Assembly (NCBI RefSeq): GCF_004010195.1
Contig: NC_057726.1
Location: 48,344,175 to 48,408,174, forward strand
Direction: 5' to 3'
Length of the DNA stretch: 64,000 nt
Origin: Chiloscyllium plagiosum
Lineage: Eukaryota
Made by a program: the position numbers and the translations under genes. The notes beneath the pieces are model-generated. The model was not told where the DNA came from, ran no database searches, and saw only the letters and a list, made by a program, of their open reading frames with translations. Shown in pieces: positions 12,370-24,360 of this stretch (position 1 is its first letter; every line of letters begins with the position of its first letter).

Positions 12370-13055
12370 AGCGTGGCCCACAAAAGGATTCAGTGGAATT
12401 GCTTTGATTCCCTTTTTCTTTCCCAATCAGTACTTGGATCATTGTTGTTTGTAATATATAGCAATGATTTGGAGGACAATGTAGGTGGCTTGATTAATAG
12501 GTTTGTAGATGACACAAAGGTTGAGGTAGCTAGTGAGGAGGATTGCCAGAAGACACAGCAATTTTATACTTAGGCTGGAAACTTGGGTGAGAAATGGTCG
12601 ATGGAATTTAATCTGGACAAACGAGAAGTAATGCATTTTGGAAAGTCTATGCAGGAGGAAAGTATACAGTCAATGGCAGAACTCATAGAAGCATTAACAT
12701 ACAGATCGACAGAGATGTACAGGTCCATTGTTCCCTGGGAATGGCAACACAAGTGGATAAAGGTGGTCAAGAAGGCAGATGCATGCTTGCCTTCAGCGCT
12801 TGGGGCATACAGTATAAAAATTAGCAAGTCATGTTGCAGCTATATAAGACCACATTTGGAATATTTCGTACAGTTCTGGTCGCCACACTACCAGAAGGAA
12901 GTAGAGGCTATGGAGAGAGTACAAGAAAGGTTTATCAGGATGTTGCCTGGCTTGGAGGATCTTAGCTATAAGAAGAAATTTGTTTTCACTTGACTGTCAA
13001 AGACTGAGGGTGCAACCTGATAGAGAAAATTGCAAAATTTACAAAATCATGAGAC
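12370..13055 (+). mobile_element. CR1 LINE ORF2 fragment (RT C-terminal part)
   Basis: ORFs 12298..12573 and 12583..12993: SVLGSLLFVIYSNDL...FVDDTKV, W.MEFNLDKREVMHFG, RPHLEYFVQFWSPHY..ERVQERFIRMLPGLE. Confidence 0.9.
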
Positions 13056-13261
13056 TTAGCCAAAAGGTGTAAGACTCAGTCCTTGAATGTCATTGTTTGC
13101 AAAACAGCTTGGGAGTTCCTGAGGTTCTGATTACTGTCATTTAAATAGAGTTCTTTATTAATTACTCCAATGTACTTTAAAACATATAATTTCCACCTTC
13201 CTTCCAGAGCTGACAAGGTTCATCTGCAATTTATGTTCATCTTGTATATGTTTGTTCTCTT

Positions 13262-13585
13262 ATTTGTTTCCTGGGATGTGGTAGAAGTAGCAATGCCATC
13301 ATTTGTTGCCATCCTTAATTGCCCCCGGCCTGAGTAACATATCTGGGTTCAGTTAAGAACCAACCACATTGCTGTTGGTTTGGAGTCACATGTAAGTCAG
13401 ACCAGACAAGGACCTTTGCTAAAGGACATTCTTGAACTAGATGGGTTTTTATAACAATCAGTAGTCACTGTTACTGAGGCTAACATTATAGCCTAGAATT
13501 ATTATTAAGTGAATTCAAATTCCAACAGCCACCATGTCCCTAAAGAATTAACTAGGCTTCAAAATTACTAGTTCAATGACAATAG
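13262..13585 (-). mobile_element. tRNA-derived shark SINE (second family)
   Basis: Reverse complement of the 30400-30706 type: gttaagaaccaaccacattgctgttggtttggagtcacatgtaagtcagaccag...gaattcaaattcca. Confidence 0.75.
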
Positions 13586-14509
13586 CCCAAAACTCCCATT
13601 TAAAAGAGCATAAAATAGCAAGTGAGAAATGATGAGATAAAATAAAGGAGCTTTCACCTGTAGGATATATTTAAAATGTCAACTTTAATAAAATGCACTT
13701 TAGTTAGCTTACATGTTTTGTTATCTTTTCACTTGTATTTGCATTCTGCAGACAGTTTAGGGGGACTATCATTTAACATCTTAGGGATTTCACGATTTTC
13801 TAGCTCTCTGGTGACAGATGCATCTAACGTTACACAGAATACTTTTCTAATAAAGAATACTCAAAGCTGTGATAAAAAGTATTTAATTAAGTAAACCTGA
13901 AATGTTTATTGTTTCCAACTAGAATTAAACATATTTGAAAATATTAAAATTTAACAACCAATTCACATGTATGCTAAATTTGTTGCCTTATATAATTCAT
14001 TTATTTTGATTTTTAAGACAGGTTTACTTTATTCTTGTCATAACATCTCCAAATTCATAGAACGTAACTATATCTTTTATTTTAAGATCCATGGCCATCT
14101 CCCATTAGATTCATTTTACTTTATTGTATTCTACAGTCAAACTTCAGAAACTCAAAAACATGAAGGTATTTAATCAATTTTCACTTTCAAGTTCAGAAAT
14201 ACATTTTCCAAATTCTTGTAATTTTTTTGAATTATTTGGAAAATATGCCCAACTTCAATAACTAAACCCATGCACTTTACTTTGTATACTTTCTAATTTA
14301 AGATAATCTATCTGGGCTTGTTAAAATGATTTTAAGTTGAATTACTTAGAAAGACACAATAAATCTGCAATTCTATTTTAACTTCTTTATTATAGCAATA
14401 GCTCCACTGTTCAAATATCAATCATTCCACTTTGATGTTTTAGGCCTTTGTAGAAAAGGTGTGTTTTTTTTTCTAACTTGATGAACTGCAATGAGTTTTT
14501 GGGTTTGAC

Positions 14510-14713
14510 AAGCAGGAGGCTGGGAGAACATAGCAAACCAGGCAGCATCAGGAGGTGAAGATGTCGATGTTTTGGATGTAACCCTTCTTCAAGTTATACC
14601 CAAAACGTCAACTTCTCCACCTCCTGATGCTGCCTGGCTCTCTGTGTTCTTCCAGCCTCCTGGTTGTCTACCTTGGATTCCAGTATCTGCAGTTTTTTTT
14701 GTCTCGAACCAAC
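14510..14713. mobile_element. Fold-back Penelope-like insertion (family B) with 12-bp TSD
   Basis: Arms caggaggctgggagaaca..ccaggcagcatcaggaggtg / cacctcctgatgctgcctgg..tgttcttccagcctcctg. TSD tttgggtttgac at 14498-14509 and 14714-14725. Confidence 0.8.
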
Positions 14714-15132
14714 TTTGGGTTTGACTGACAGGATGTCAGCTTATCCCTTGATTGAAGAATTGATTTTATATTTACTGAGATGTTTATGTCAATAATGATA
14801 AAAGAGTAATTATGCATTAGTGTAAGCAATTTTCAAAATCAATTATTTGCATTCTAAAATATGCTTTTATCTTTAAATGTTTAATCTTTTGCTCTTGAAA
14901 TAATTTTAACATCATTTTTGAAGTCTTAGCTCAATTTCATCCACACAGATACTGTTGGAAGAAAAGGAAAATTATTGTTGAATTTTTGTTCAAAAATAGG
15001 TCAAAGTCAAGAAAATAAAGGATCATGGCAAGCAATCTACAGGCTAGGTTAAAGAGTGTGGTTGCCTGAAATATAACTCAGTAGCATTTAACTTGCTGCA
15101 AAGTCAGGGGATGAAGAGAAATCACAACTTAC

Positions 15133-15205
15133 TGCTGCTGTTCTTTTTCTTCAATCCTCTTATGATGCTTCTTAAGTTTCTGTTGATATAAATCTGACAT
15201 CTGAA
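15133..15205 (-). other. Candidate spliced exon (73 nt), possibly part of the decayed gene
   Basis: Acceptor tgttttaatccttttatAG (15206-15207) and perfect donor GTAAGT (15127-15132). Open frame QMSDLYQQKLKKHHKRIEEKEQQ. Confidence 0.5.
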
Positions 15206-15568
15206 CTATAAAAGGATTAAAACATGCTGGACAGCTGTTAATGCTAAACACCATGAATTGTAAAGATGCCAGCTAACTTTGTCATACATGCCAACATTTC
15301 CAAGCTAAAAAGAAGAAGAACATACGAGGTTCTGTTTCACGGGATAGCTTACAAGTTATAAGTGAAAAATTAATGACAGAAAATTGGAAACATATCTGTC
15401 CAACACCTTCCAACATACTTTGTTCAGTTAGATGCTCTCTCACCTCTGGAACAAGCAGTTATAAATTCAGCGCTTCATCTTGAACTAGAACATAACCCAG
15501 TTTGCTAACTCAATGCATCACTGAGAAAAGTATCTTCATTGTTTGAGATGTCATCTTCCAGCTGAGAT

Positions 15569-15672
15569 GAATTCTGAAGAAGGGTCACTGATCCTGAAAT
15601 GTTAATTCTGTTTTCATCTCTACAGATGCTGCCAGACCTACTGAGATTTTTCAGCAATTTCTATTTTTGTTC
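15569..15672 (+). mobile_element. Penelope-like terminal fragment (family D) carrying a minimal hammerhead motif, adjoining a SINE head (about 15425-15568)
   Basis: gaatt-CTGAAGA-agggtc act gatcct-GAAA-tgtt-aattc, followed by cagatgctgccagacctactgagatttttcagcaatttctattttt. Confidence 0.7.
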
Positions 15673-15737
15673 CACCAAAAGCAGACCGGGTGGAATTAAG
15701 TGTGAGCCAAGAGGCCACCCCAAAATTGGTCCTTTAC

Positions 15738-17557
15738 CCACATTTTAATCATTCATTAATCAGTTCTTTCCAGAGACCACCACAGTCTTCTGACACTTTA
15801 ACACACAGAAATCCTTAAATAACCAACGTATAGATTTGTAAACCAGTAAGATTGACCATCTATGTGCAGGTATTTAATATCTTCTGTACAGCTTTATCCT
15901 AACTCTGTTGAACCTGATTTCTTCTACATCACCAGAAGGCCTTTTCTTTTCATTTCTGGAGGAAGATCCTGTGGTTCTTGACTCTTCTGTTCTTGAAGCA
16001 GTACATTAAGATCCTTAAGCTCCTTCTGATAATCTTCCAGATCAGAGGGAGCTAATTCTTCAGCTAGCTTGCAGGCCTGGCAATATTATTGAAGACACAT
16101 TACCTTTTGAAGCTATGACAGCCATTTCAGTACTCTGTGCTTAAAAGACTGGTAACATTGGTATTTTATTCAGCAGTGTCAGTGTGCAATTGATGAGTTT
16201 GTCCAAAAGCAAATGGAACAGAAATCTCTGCAGCTGCAGGAAGATTGTTCAGCAGAACTTATGCATGTGATGTTCTACTTTTATATGAAAGCACAGAAAA
16301 TTCTTTGTCTTCAACGAGTGGTTGCATCACTACAAGATGCAACAGTAAACAATTCTGAATTTCCTCCTTAGTTTGTCATAGTCATAGAGATGTACAGCAT
16401 GGAAACAGACTCTCTGGTCTAACTCGCCCATGCCGAACAGATACCCTAATTTAATCGAGTCCCATTTGCCAGCACTTGGCCCATATCTCTCTACACCCTT
16501 CCTATTCATGTACCTATCCAGATGTCTTTTAAATGTTGTAATTATACTAGCCTCCACTACTTCCTCTGGCAGCTCATTCCATACACACACCACCCTCTGT
16601 ATGAATAAGTTGCCCCTTAGGTCCCTTTTAAATTTTTCCCCTATCACCCTAAACCTATGCCATCTAATTCTGGACTCCCCACCCCAGAGAAAAGTCCTTG
16701 TCTACTTACCCAATCCATGCCCCTCATGATTTTATAAACCTCTATAAGGTCACCCCTCAGCCTCTGACACTCCAGGGAAAACAACCCCAACCTATTCAGC
16801 CAAATCCTCCAACCCTGGCAACTTCCATGTAAACCTTTTCTGAACCCTTCCAAGTTTCACAACATACTTCCTATGGGAGGGAGACCAGGATTTCATGTAA
16901 TGTTCCAAAAGTGGCCTAAGCAATGTTTCGTACAGCCATAACATGACCTTCCAACTCCTATATTCAGTGTTCTGTCCAATAAAGGAAAGCATGCCAAAAG
17001 CCTTCTTCACTATCCAAATGCCTTCTTCACCTGTGACTCCACTTTCAAGGAGCTATGAACCTGCACTCCAAGATATCTTTGTCCAAAATATTTGGTGGTG
17101 ACTCCAGATACAAACCCAGCTGTCCTGACTGTAATTGTTCCTCTTAAAGTAGTAATCTCTGAAGTGACTTTTTTTTTGCAATCTTTGGGTGAGTGTTTTG
17201 AGGAAATGAATCTACAATGTGCAGTCTTCTAAATTATTCAGATAGTTCTTCATTCTACATTGGAAATAAGGCAAAGTAATCTCAAGATTTTGTTGTTTTG
17301 CAATTGCAATCAAATGTTGATCCTCCTCTTCAAAGATGCAAGTTCACCATTTAGTAGTTTTTCATTGCCAGATCTTCTCTTTACTATATGACAAAAAAAC
17401 TTAAATCGGTTTTGTACCCTCTTGATAAGCTTTCACATATTTTCACTCCCAGACAGCATCTGACGGTTAATCAATCCTTTCAGTTCTATGAACTTTGGGG
17501 CACTGTTACCAATTAAATTGATTTCATTTCAGCTGCTATAAGCATGGTATCAGCCCA
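15738..17557 (-). pseudogene. Large decayed coding-like exon of unknown family, interrupted by CR1 and truncated by the assembly gap
   Basis: Protein-like segments with scattered stops and frameshifts: YCQACKLAEELAPSDLEDYQKELKDLNVLLQEQKSQEPQDLPPEMKRK (16085-15942), RRNQVQQS*DKAVQKILNTCT*MVNLTGLQIYTLVI, and CIFEEEDQHLIAIAKQQNLEITLPYFQCRMKNYLNNLED. An 87-codon frame is open across the CR1 junction. Possible donor TGG|GTAAAG at 15732-15737. Confidence 0.5.
16378..17083 (-). mobile_element. CR1 LINE 3' part, relatively young
   Basis: ORFs 16330..16647, 16644..16853 and 16792..17010 (RPLLEHYM..WSP; RLRGDLIEVYKIMRGMD; WNELPEEVVEA). ctatga-type tail. tttgtc at both junctions (16372-16377, 17078-17083). 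Confidence 0.92.
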
Positions 17558-18057
17558 NNNNNNNNNNNNNNNNNNNNNNNNNNNNNNNNNNNNNNNNNNN
17601 NNNNNNNNNNNNNNNNNNNNNNNNNNNNNNNNNNNNNNNNNNNNNNNNNNNNNNNNNNNNNNNNNNNNNNNNNNNNNNNNNNNNNNNNNNNNNNNNNNNN
17701 NNNNNNNNNNNNNNNNNNNNNNNNNNNNNNNNNNNNNNNNNNNNNNNNNNNNNNNNNNNNNNNNNNNNNNNNNNNNNNNNNNNNNNNNNNNNNNNNNNNN
17801 NNNNNNNNNNNNNNNNNNNNNNNNNNNNNNNNNNNNNNNNNNNNNNNNNNNNNNNNNNNNNNNNNNNNNNNNNNNNNNNNNNNNNNNNNNNNNNNNNNNN
17901 NNNNNNNNNNNNNNNNNNNNNNNNNNNNNNNNNNNNNNNNNNNNNNNNNNNNNNNNNNNNNNNNNNNNNNNNNNNNNNNNNNNNNNNNNNNNNNNNNNNN
18001 NNNNNNNNNNNNNNNNNNNNNNNNNNNNNNNNNNNNNNNNNNNNNNNNNNNNNNNNN
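17558..18057. other. Assembly gap (500 N)
   Basis: Run of exactly 500 N. A round size suggests a scaffolding placeholder rather than a true length. Confidence 0.99.
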
Positions 18058-18649
18058 ATAGACAATGGGCTGAATCTTTCTAATGATATGATGATACTGT
18101 TGCACTTGTAGGATGTGGCATTTGAGAGGAGTTCACTGACCTTGACCATTCGTGTTTGTGTCATTTTACGGTTTTGAATCCTCCATCCAGTTTCTTAAAA
18201 TTTGACTCATGCCACTGACTGCAACAGCTCTCTGGTCCCAGTACCTTTTAGTGAGATTCCTGACCCCTGTTGTGTAAAGCATTTCACTTCTGCCCTACAA
18301 TTCCTCCACCAAGGTAGTTTGTCTGAGAGGCTTAGAGCACACCGTCTCCTACGCTGCTCCATTATTCAGACTTTCTTCACGTTGTACAGACTTGCATAAC
18401 AACTTGCAAAGTCACCTCCAGCTACAATATATTTTCCTCTCAAGAGGTACAACTTGAACTAGAAGGTTAGCTTTAACTTTCTCAAGTGCAGAGCCAAGAA
18501 AAATCAGAAGGATGTAATGGAATTTCTATATAAATGATTAAAAAAATTTAGAGTTACAGCAAACAGAGAATTGGCTAACTTGTGAAAGAAGGTATAGACT
18601 AAGCGAGAATAACTAGAAGATGTTTCGAGTACAGTGGGGGGAAAAAAAA

Positions 18650-19340
18650 TCAAAAAGCATGCAAGGCATTACACCATAACTTTTATTACACAGGCATCCT
18701 TAGGTAATGTCAAAGATCCTAGCAGACAGTGTGGAAACTAAAGTAAAATTGCGATACCTATCGTCAATTCAGTTTTAGGAAGGGTTGGAATTAATAAAAT
18801 TAAATGAATATTAAGCCAAAGAAACATTGGATACCAGTAGGAAATGTATACCTTTGTCTATTATGAAAAGGCTTTCAACAAGTAAATTGGCAAAAGCTCT
18901 TGAAAGCACTGGAGGTGGTCAGAGTTAGAGAGATAAAAGAATGATTGCAGCTCTGTAAATGGGAAAGATTGTTGCAAACAGGGCATTATTTAAGGAAACT
19001 CAGCCTGATGTAATTGAGTTCAGTTTCAGATAAGGAAGACTAGTCTCACCATTGCACCTTAATATCTACATGGAAGCCATGAGCAAAATAATATTAGATG
19101 AAGTACAAAACGATGCCTGAATAGGAGTTCATTTGATAAAGATAAGATTTGCAGAAGATAAGGCCTGAGTATCTAACACAGCAAAAGTTCTATAAATACT
19201 GAGAGGCAGAAAGAAAGGTTAAAGCTTACAGAATAAAAACTAATGCAAATAAGACAAACTTTATGAAGGTTTCAAGATATAATGGTGGGAAAGCAGAAAT
19301 CAGGATAGGTAAAACATTTATTCAGAGATCAACACATGTT
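18650..19340 (+). mobile_element. Ancient RTE-clade LINE reverse transcriptase fossil
   Basis: Motifs in order across frameshifts: TITFITQAS, QFSFRKG, YEKAFN..VNWQKLLKAL, DKRMIAAL, R.G.LVSPLHLNIYMEA, IRFAEDKA (FADD), NANKTNFMKVS. Confidence 0.8.
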
Positions 19341-20199
19341 TTTATTTGCTTTCGTGATCAAGGGCAGAGCTCTGGTTGTTGGTTCTTTCCCAGTCACAAG
19401 TATGCTGCTCTCATTCTATTCTTCCAACATTGAGATCATTAGAATATTTTTGCTGGGTCCTCAAATCTCCATCAAGCAGAGTATTGGGAAGGATTTGCTG
19501 CCAATAAAAGACATATCACTTAAGAGTTTCTATGCTGCCTGCAAATTGCTGCCGCAGAGTGGTTCCTTACAATACATCACTCCTATCTGGTAGACTAACA
19601 CAAAGCATTCATATTAACTCATATCTCTGAGAGTAAATCATCAACTATCGCTATGCCATAGCTAATAAATTCGTTAGTATATGGTCAAGAAACCTCCACA
19701 ATCAGCAGCAAATCCCTTCCCTTCTGCTCCAAATGAGAAAGCTGCAGTTTAAATAGGTGTTGGAGTCATTTGAATCAACCTCAGCTGTTGACCTTGTGTT
19801 AATGCTTCATTAGGTGTCCCACTGTGTGGATGGGAGCTCACAGAAAAATGGATAGAATATGCAAATTCAGAACATCAGGAGTGGATTCACAAAAAACAAT
19901 GTTTACATATAATCTACTCTTAATTTGTATAAGAACAGAATTTCCTAGATTTATGAGAAAAATCACCTACTTAGGAAATCCTTAGTACTCCTTGATAACA
20001 AAATATGTAATTCCTATTATAAATACAACACATTAAACTCAAAACAGCTGATAAGCCTTTTTTTTTAAACAGCTTTTGCATAATAGCTCAAAAGACGTCA
20101 ACTAATACTGTGCATTCACCAGAAGCTGCTGGAAAACATAATCAATTTTCTCCACACTGGCACTCCCAGTGTAGTAGCTCAAGGCACATAACACCAGAT

Positions 20200-20720
20200 A
20201 GTATTTTATAGCAGTGCAGTGTGGAACTGGTGAGGTACAGCCCACTTGATGCCAGGCCACAGCTGTGAGTGTTAATTGAAAGCTCCCAAGTACTAAATTA
20301 AGTTAAAACTATCAGACAAATGAGGGGGTCAGCAAAAGAGTGCATTAGTGCTCTCATCAATAAAACAAGCTTGACAGGTCCTAGCAAAGGAAGTTAATTA
20401 TGGCATCTCGCAAACTGTTATTATAAATGACTAAGTCAATGTTAGCTAATGTTTCACCATTGTTCTGGCAATTGGTGGAGAACAGTTTGGCTCACACCAT
20501 ACTTTCCATGTAGTTATCAACTTGTCTAATACTTGATTGATAAATCCTGTCATCACAACAGCCTTCCCGCAGGAGAGTCTGTTGCTACCTCTCAACCACT
20601 TCGAGATGGAAAATATTTCGATCTATCTGATAGAATTTTTGATTTGATGTGTAATTTTAACTTACTGAATACCGTCCATATTATTTTAAAATGTCAATGC
20701 ACACTAATGCAATGAAGGCT
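20200..20720. promoter_or_regulatory. Candidate conserved non-coding enhancer with PBX-HOX and MEIS motifs
   Basis: Repeat-free. Overlapping TGATTGAT (20534-20541) and TGATAAAT (20538-20545) lie next to CTGTCA (20547-20552). Also catcaataaaa followed by TGACAG (about 20355-20377) and TTAATTATGG. Confidence 0.45.
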
Positions 20721-21566
20721 ACTGGAAATTTAGATATTCAATTGTTTGGAACAGTTAGGCCGACTTAAACTGATTTACAAATATAATCCAATCTGAATTG
20801 ATTTTCAAGTCCTTGAATAATTTATTCAATTTATTTACCCACCCCCCCTTTCTTCACCTACTTTCTTCTCCTTATTCAATCTGTAAACTAAGGCCATCTT
20901 CCATACATTCACTGACAACATCGCTGCAGGAATAGTCTACAAAATTCAAACTTCTTCAGCTGCTACATCAATAACCTTTGCTCCATCATCAGATCAGAAG
21001 TGTGGGTGTAAGTCTGCCGGACATCAAAGGGAAATAGGTTGGTACTCTCTTGACAAACTGCAGATGTGTCGGAGCTTTCATTCCAAGTTGGTCAGGGGTT
21101 GGGCCACAGTCAGTGAAAAGTGAAAGTCAAGGGAGGTTTCAGGGACCACTGTTGTGGTGGTCAAGTCAGAGAAAACAATTGTGGGGATTGGAGACACAAA
21201 CTCAATGGTGTTGATAGGAAGTGAAGTGAAAGGAAGAAAGTCACTTGCAAGCTTGGGAAGACATCTAAAGTGAAAGGCAGTGTTTACAGCTCACTTTGTG
21301 ATGCCCTTGTTGTATTACCTCCTATCCTCATTTGAATCACAAATGCACAGTGGGAATGGAAAATTGTTCACACCACACTAGGATTGGGCAGAATCTGCAA
21401 TGTTTACTGCCTGAGGGAGTGGGCTGTACTTTTGAGTGATGTGAGGTCCTTCAAGGGGCAACTACATTGATCAGGCACTTACACAGTACAAGTTAAAGAC
21501 ATCTATAATCATAGAATTGTTTCTGTGAACCACATGCTGTGACCATCTAAGTCAAATTCAAAACCT

Positions 21567-22895
21567 GGATAAATAGACAAAGTCTCTTCCCTGGGGTGGG
21601 GGGAGTCTAGAACTAGAGGGCATAGGTTTAGCATGAGAGGGGAAAGATATCAAAGAGACCTAAGGGGCCACAATTTCCAAAGATTATCCAAATTGATCTT
21701 GGGGTGTGCAGAGGAAAATTTCAAAGTTTGCAGATGACACAAAATTGTAAACTGTGAGCAGAACTGTGTAAGATTCCAAATAGGCATGGACAAGTTGGTA
21801 GAGTGGACAGGTAGGAGGCAGAGGAGTTTCAATGCATTTAGATTGGAAAAACATTGAAAGAAAATATAAAATAGGGGGTCCAATTCTAAAGGGGATGCAG
21901 TAGCAGAGGGACCTGGATCTTTATTCGCACAGATTATTGAAAGTGGAGAGAGTAGCTAATAATGCATACAGTATTCTTAGCTTTATTACTAAGAGCATGG
22001 AGTACAAGAGCAAGGAGGTGATAATAATTTTGTATGAGGTACTTGTTTGACCACAGTTCTGTGTGTCATAGTATAGAAAAGATGTGAATACATTGGAGAG
22101 AGTATAAAGTGGTTTACAAGAATGGTTTCAGGGACAAGAAATTGGTTGTGAGGAGAGATTATAAAAGCTGGCACTGTTCTCATTGGAGAGAAGACTAAGA
22201 GGAAATCTAATTGAGGTTTTCAAAATCATTACCAGAATGGATAGAGTAGATATGGTAAAGTTGGTACCACTTGTTAAAAAACAAGAACTATAGTATTTAA
22301 ATTTAAAGTAATTTGCAAAAAAGCAAGAGTGATATCAGAAAAAAAGTTATTTCATTCCACGATTAGTTACAAAGTGGAATGCACTACCTGGAAGTGTGAT
22401 AGAGGCAGTTTATATGAAGCAATCAAGAGGGTACTAGAAGATTGCTTGGGGTGGCACGGTGGCTTAATGGTTAGCACTACCACCTCATAGTGCCAGGAAT
22501 CCAAGTTTTATTCTACCCTTGGACGACTATCTGTGTGGATTTTGCATGCTCTCCCTGTGTCTGCATGGGTTTCCTCCTGGTGCTCCAGTTTCCTCCCACA
22601 GTCCAAAGATGTGCTAGTAAGGTGAATTGGCCATGCTAAATTGCCCACAGCATTCAGAGATGTGCAAGCTAGGTGAATTAGCCATGGGGAAGAGTGGGTT
22701 TGGGTGAGATGCTATTTGGAGGATCGGTGTTGACTTGAAGGGCTGAATGGCCTGTTCCCATACTGTAGGGATTCTATGAAAGCAATGTGCAAGTCTCTGT
22801 AAAAAAATACAGGAGATTGATACTCGGTAATTACACTCATTTAATGAGCCATGGCAGGGGTAATGGACCAAATAGCCTCATGCTGCGCTGTAAGA
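21567..22895 (+). mobile_element. CR1 LINE fragments (RT to 3' UTR), interrupted by an HE1 SINE
   Basis: tcaaagtttgcagatgacacaaaa (KFADDTK), agactaagaggaaatctaattgaggttttcaaaatc (RLRGNLIEVFKI), tggaatgcactacctgga (WNALP). Confidence 0.85.
22449..22778 (+). mobile_element. HE1 / V-SINE, full length
   Basis: ggtggcacggtggcttaatggttagcact...gggtttcctcctggtgctccagtttcctcccacagtccaaagatgtgc...ggcctgttcccatactgtagggattctatga. Confidence 0.9.
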
Positions 22896-24049
22896 TGTTT
22901 GAGATTTTGTGAAGTTTCATGGGCTGCACAAAGGTGTGCATTGAATTGCAAATATTTTGCAACTTTTTCTTAACATGCAACGCGGCTTTCTTGTGTGATG
23001 GTGAGGGGAGGTGACAAGTTTTCAATAATCTTACCTCATTTACAATCTCCTAATATATTTGTGCAACATGGCTTTTGCAGCATCAGAACAAGGTCCACTA
23101 TGTTAAAGGTTCATGTACTGGCATCCCGTGTTGCTGCTTGTGTGAGTCCCATGTCCCATGGTATTGAGGACTGTGGTAAACTCTCATTTATATGCGATAA
23201 AACTGTTGACTGCTCACACTACTGAGGAGCTGTTTTCTTTCATTGGAACTATGACCAACTAATGCATCACAGCTGGCGTTATTGTCACAGTGGTCCCTCA
23301 ACAGTGAAGGTGCAAAGAAATTTAAGAGGAACAAAGGTACCAACAAGGCCAAGACCGGCAGCAGCTGAACAGCCTTCACATGAAAAGGTTACAGAAGACA
23401 GTCCCTTCAGGATGAGGAGGGTGTACAAAAGACTGCCACAGCCTGAGCATGTTTCAAGACACTTAAACAGAATTGTGCTGTATACCTTACAAGGGCAGCT
23501 GCTTGAGAAACAAGGGCTACTCTCTGCAATCGTGGCTGATGATTGTATCTGTACATAGCCACCTACCTAAGGCTGAGGGTAGAAACAATTTGGCCCATCT
23601 TCATCCAGGACCATTGTAGAGCAGATGACAGACTTCCTGATGATAAGGTTCTGATGCTTGTAATTGGGGATTCCTAAAGTACGTTCCAGACAGAATGTAT
23701 CGTCTGCTTCCAATGGATGTGAGCTGGGTGCAGTGACAATTCACTGAATGATGTTCAGTAGGGAAGCAAACCCTATTTAGCTCCAGAAGCAAGTGCAGCT
23801 TTTTCTGTTTTACTTTGTTTGCTTTTGTTACTTAATAAAATTTAAATTAACAACTGTTTGAAGGCTTTAAAATGTGTGATGCTGCTAAATTGGATATAAC
23901 AAGATGCTATGCTATGATGGGTTTTAGGGAAGGAGTGCAATGCTAAGAATGTTGTTTCTTACTTGTAGCTGCAGCAATGATGAATGTCCATCAGACAGAG
24001 GATGATTTAACATGTCAACAATGTACAAATGTGTAATGCTCTCCTACAC

Positions 24050-24360
24050 CCGCTTTCGTCAGGCAGAGGATACAGAAGCTTGAGCACACGCACCAGCAGG
24101 TTCAAGAATAGTTCCTTCCTTGCCGTTATTAGACTGACGAATGGACTCTCTAACTTCAAATAATGTTAATCTTACTAACATTGTTCTTGCCTACCGCACA
24201 TCCTGTGTGATGTAACCTGTATGTCTTACTCTGTCCAAGTTTCTTTTTCACCCTATGATCTGTATGTCCTTGCTTACTATGATTTGTACTGCGCACAAAG
24301 TTAGGTTTTCACTGTACTTAGGTACACGTGACAATGAATCAAATCGTTCAATCAATCAAT
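24050..24360 (+). mobile_element. Rex1/Babar-type LINE 3' end
   Basis: Translates as PLSSGRGYRSLSTRTSRFKNSSFLAVIRL, matching the Rex/Babar C-terminal motif SGRRYRS..TRTSRFKNSFFP..IRL. Ends in a (tcaa)n tail. Confidence 0.8.

Noticed and set aside
17536..18164. Three longest ORFs in the track (179-204 aa)
   Set aside because: Artefacts of translating through the 500-N gap.
22900..23600. Possible Harbinger/PIF transposase remnant (RRVYKR), with similar GC-richer patches near 9010, 11420, 33140 and 54405
   Set aside because: Probably old DNA-transposon debris, but I could not identify catalytic motifs or paired TIRs.
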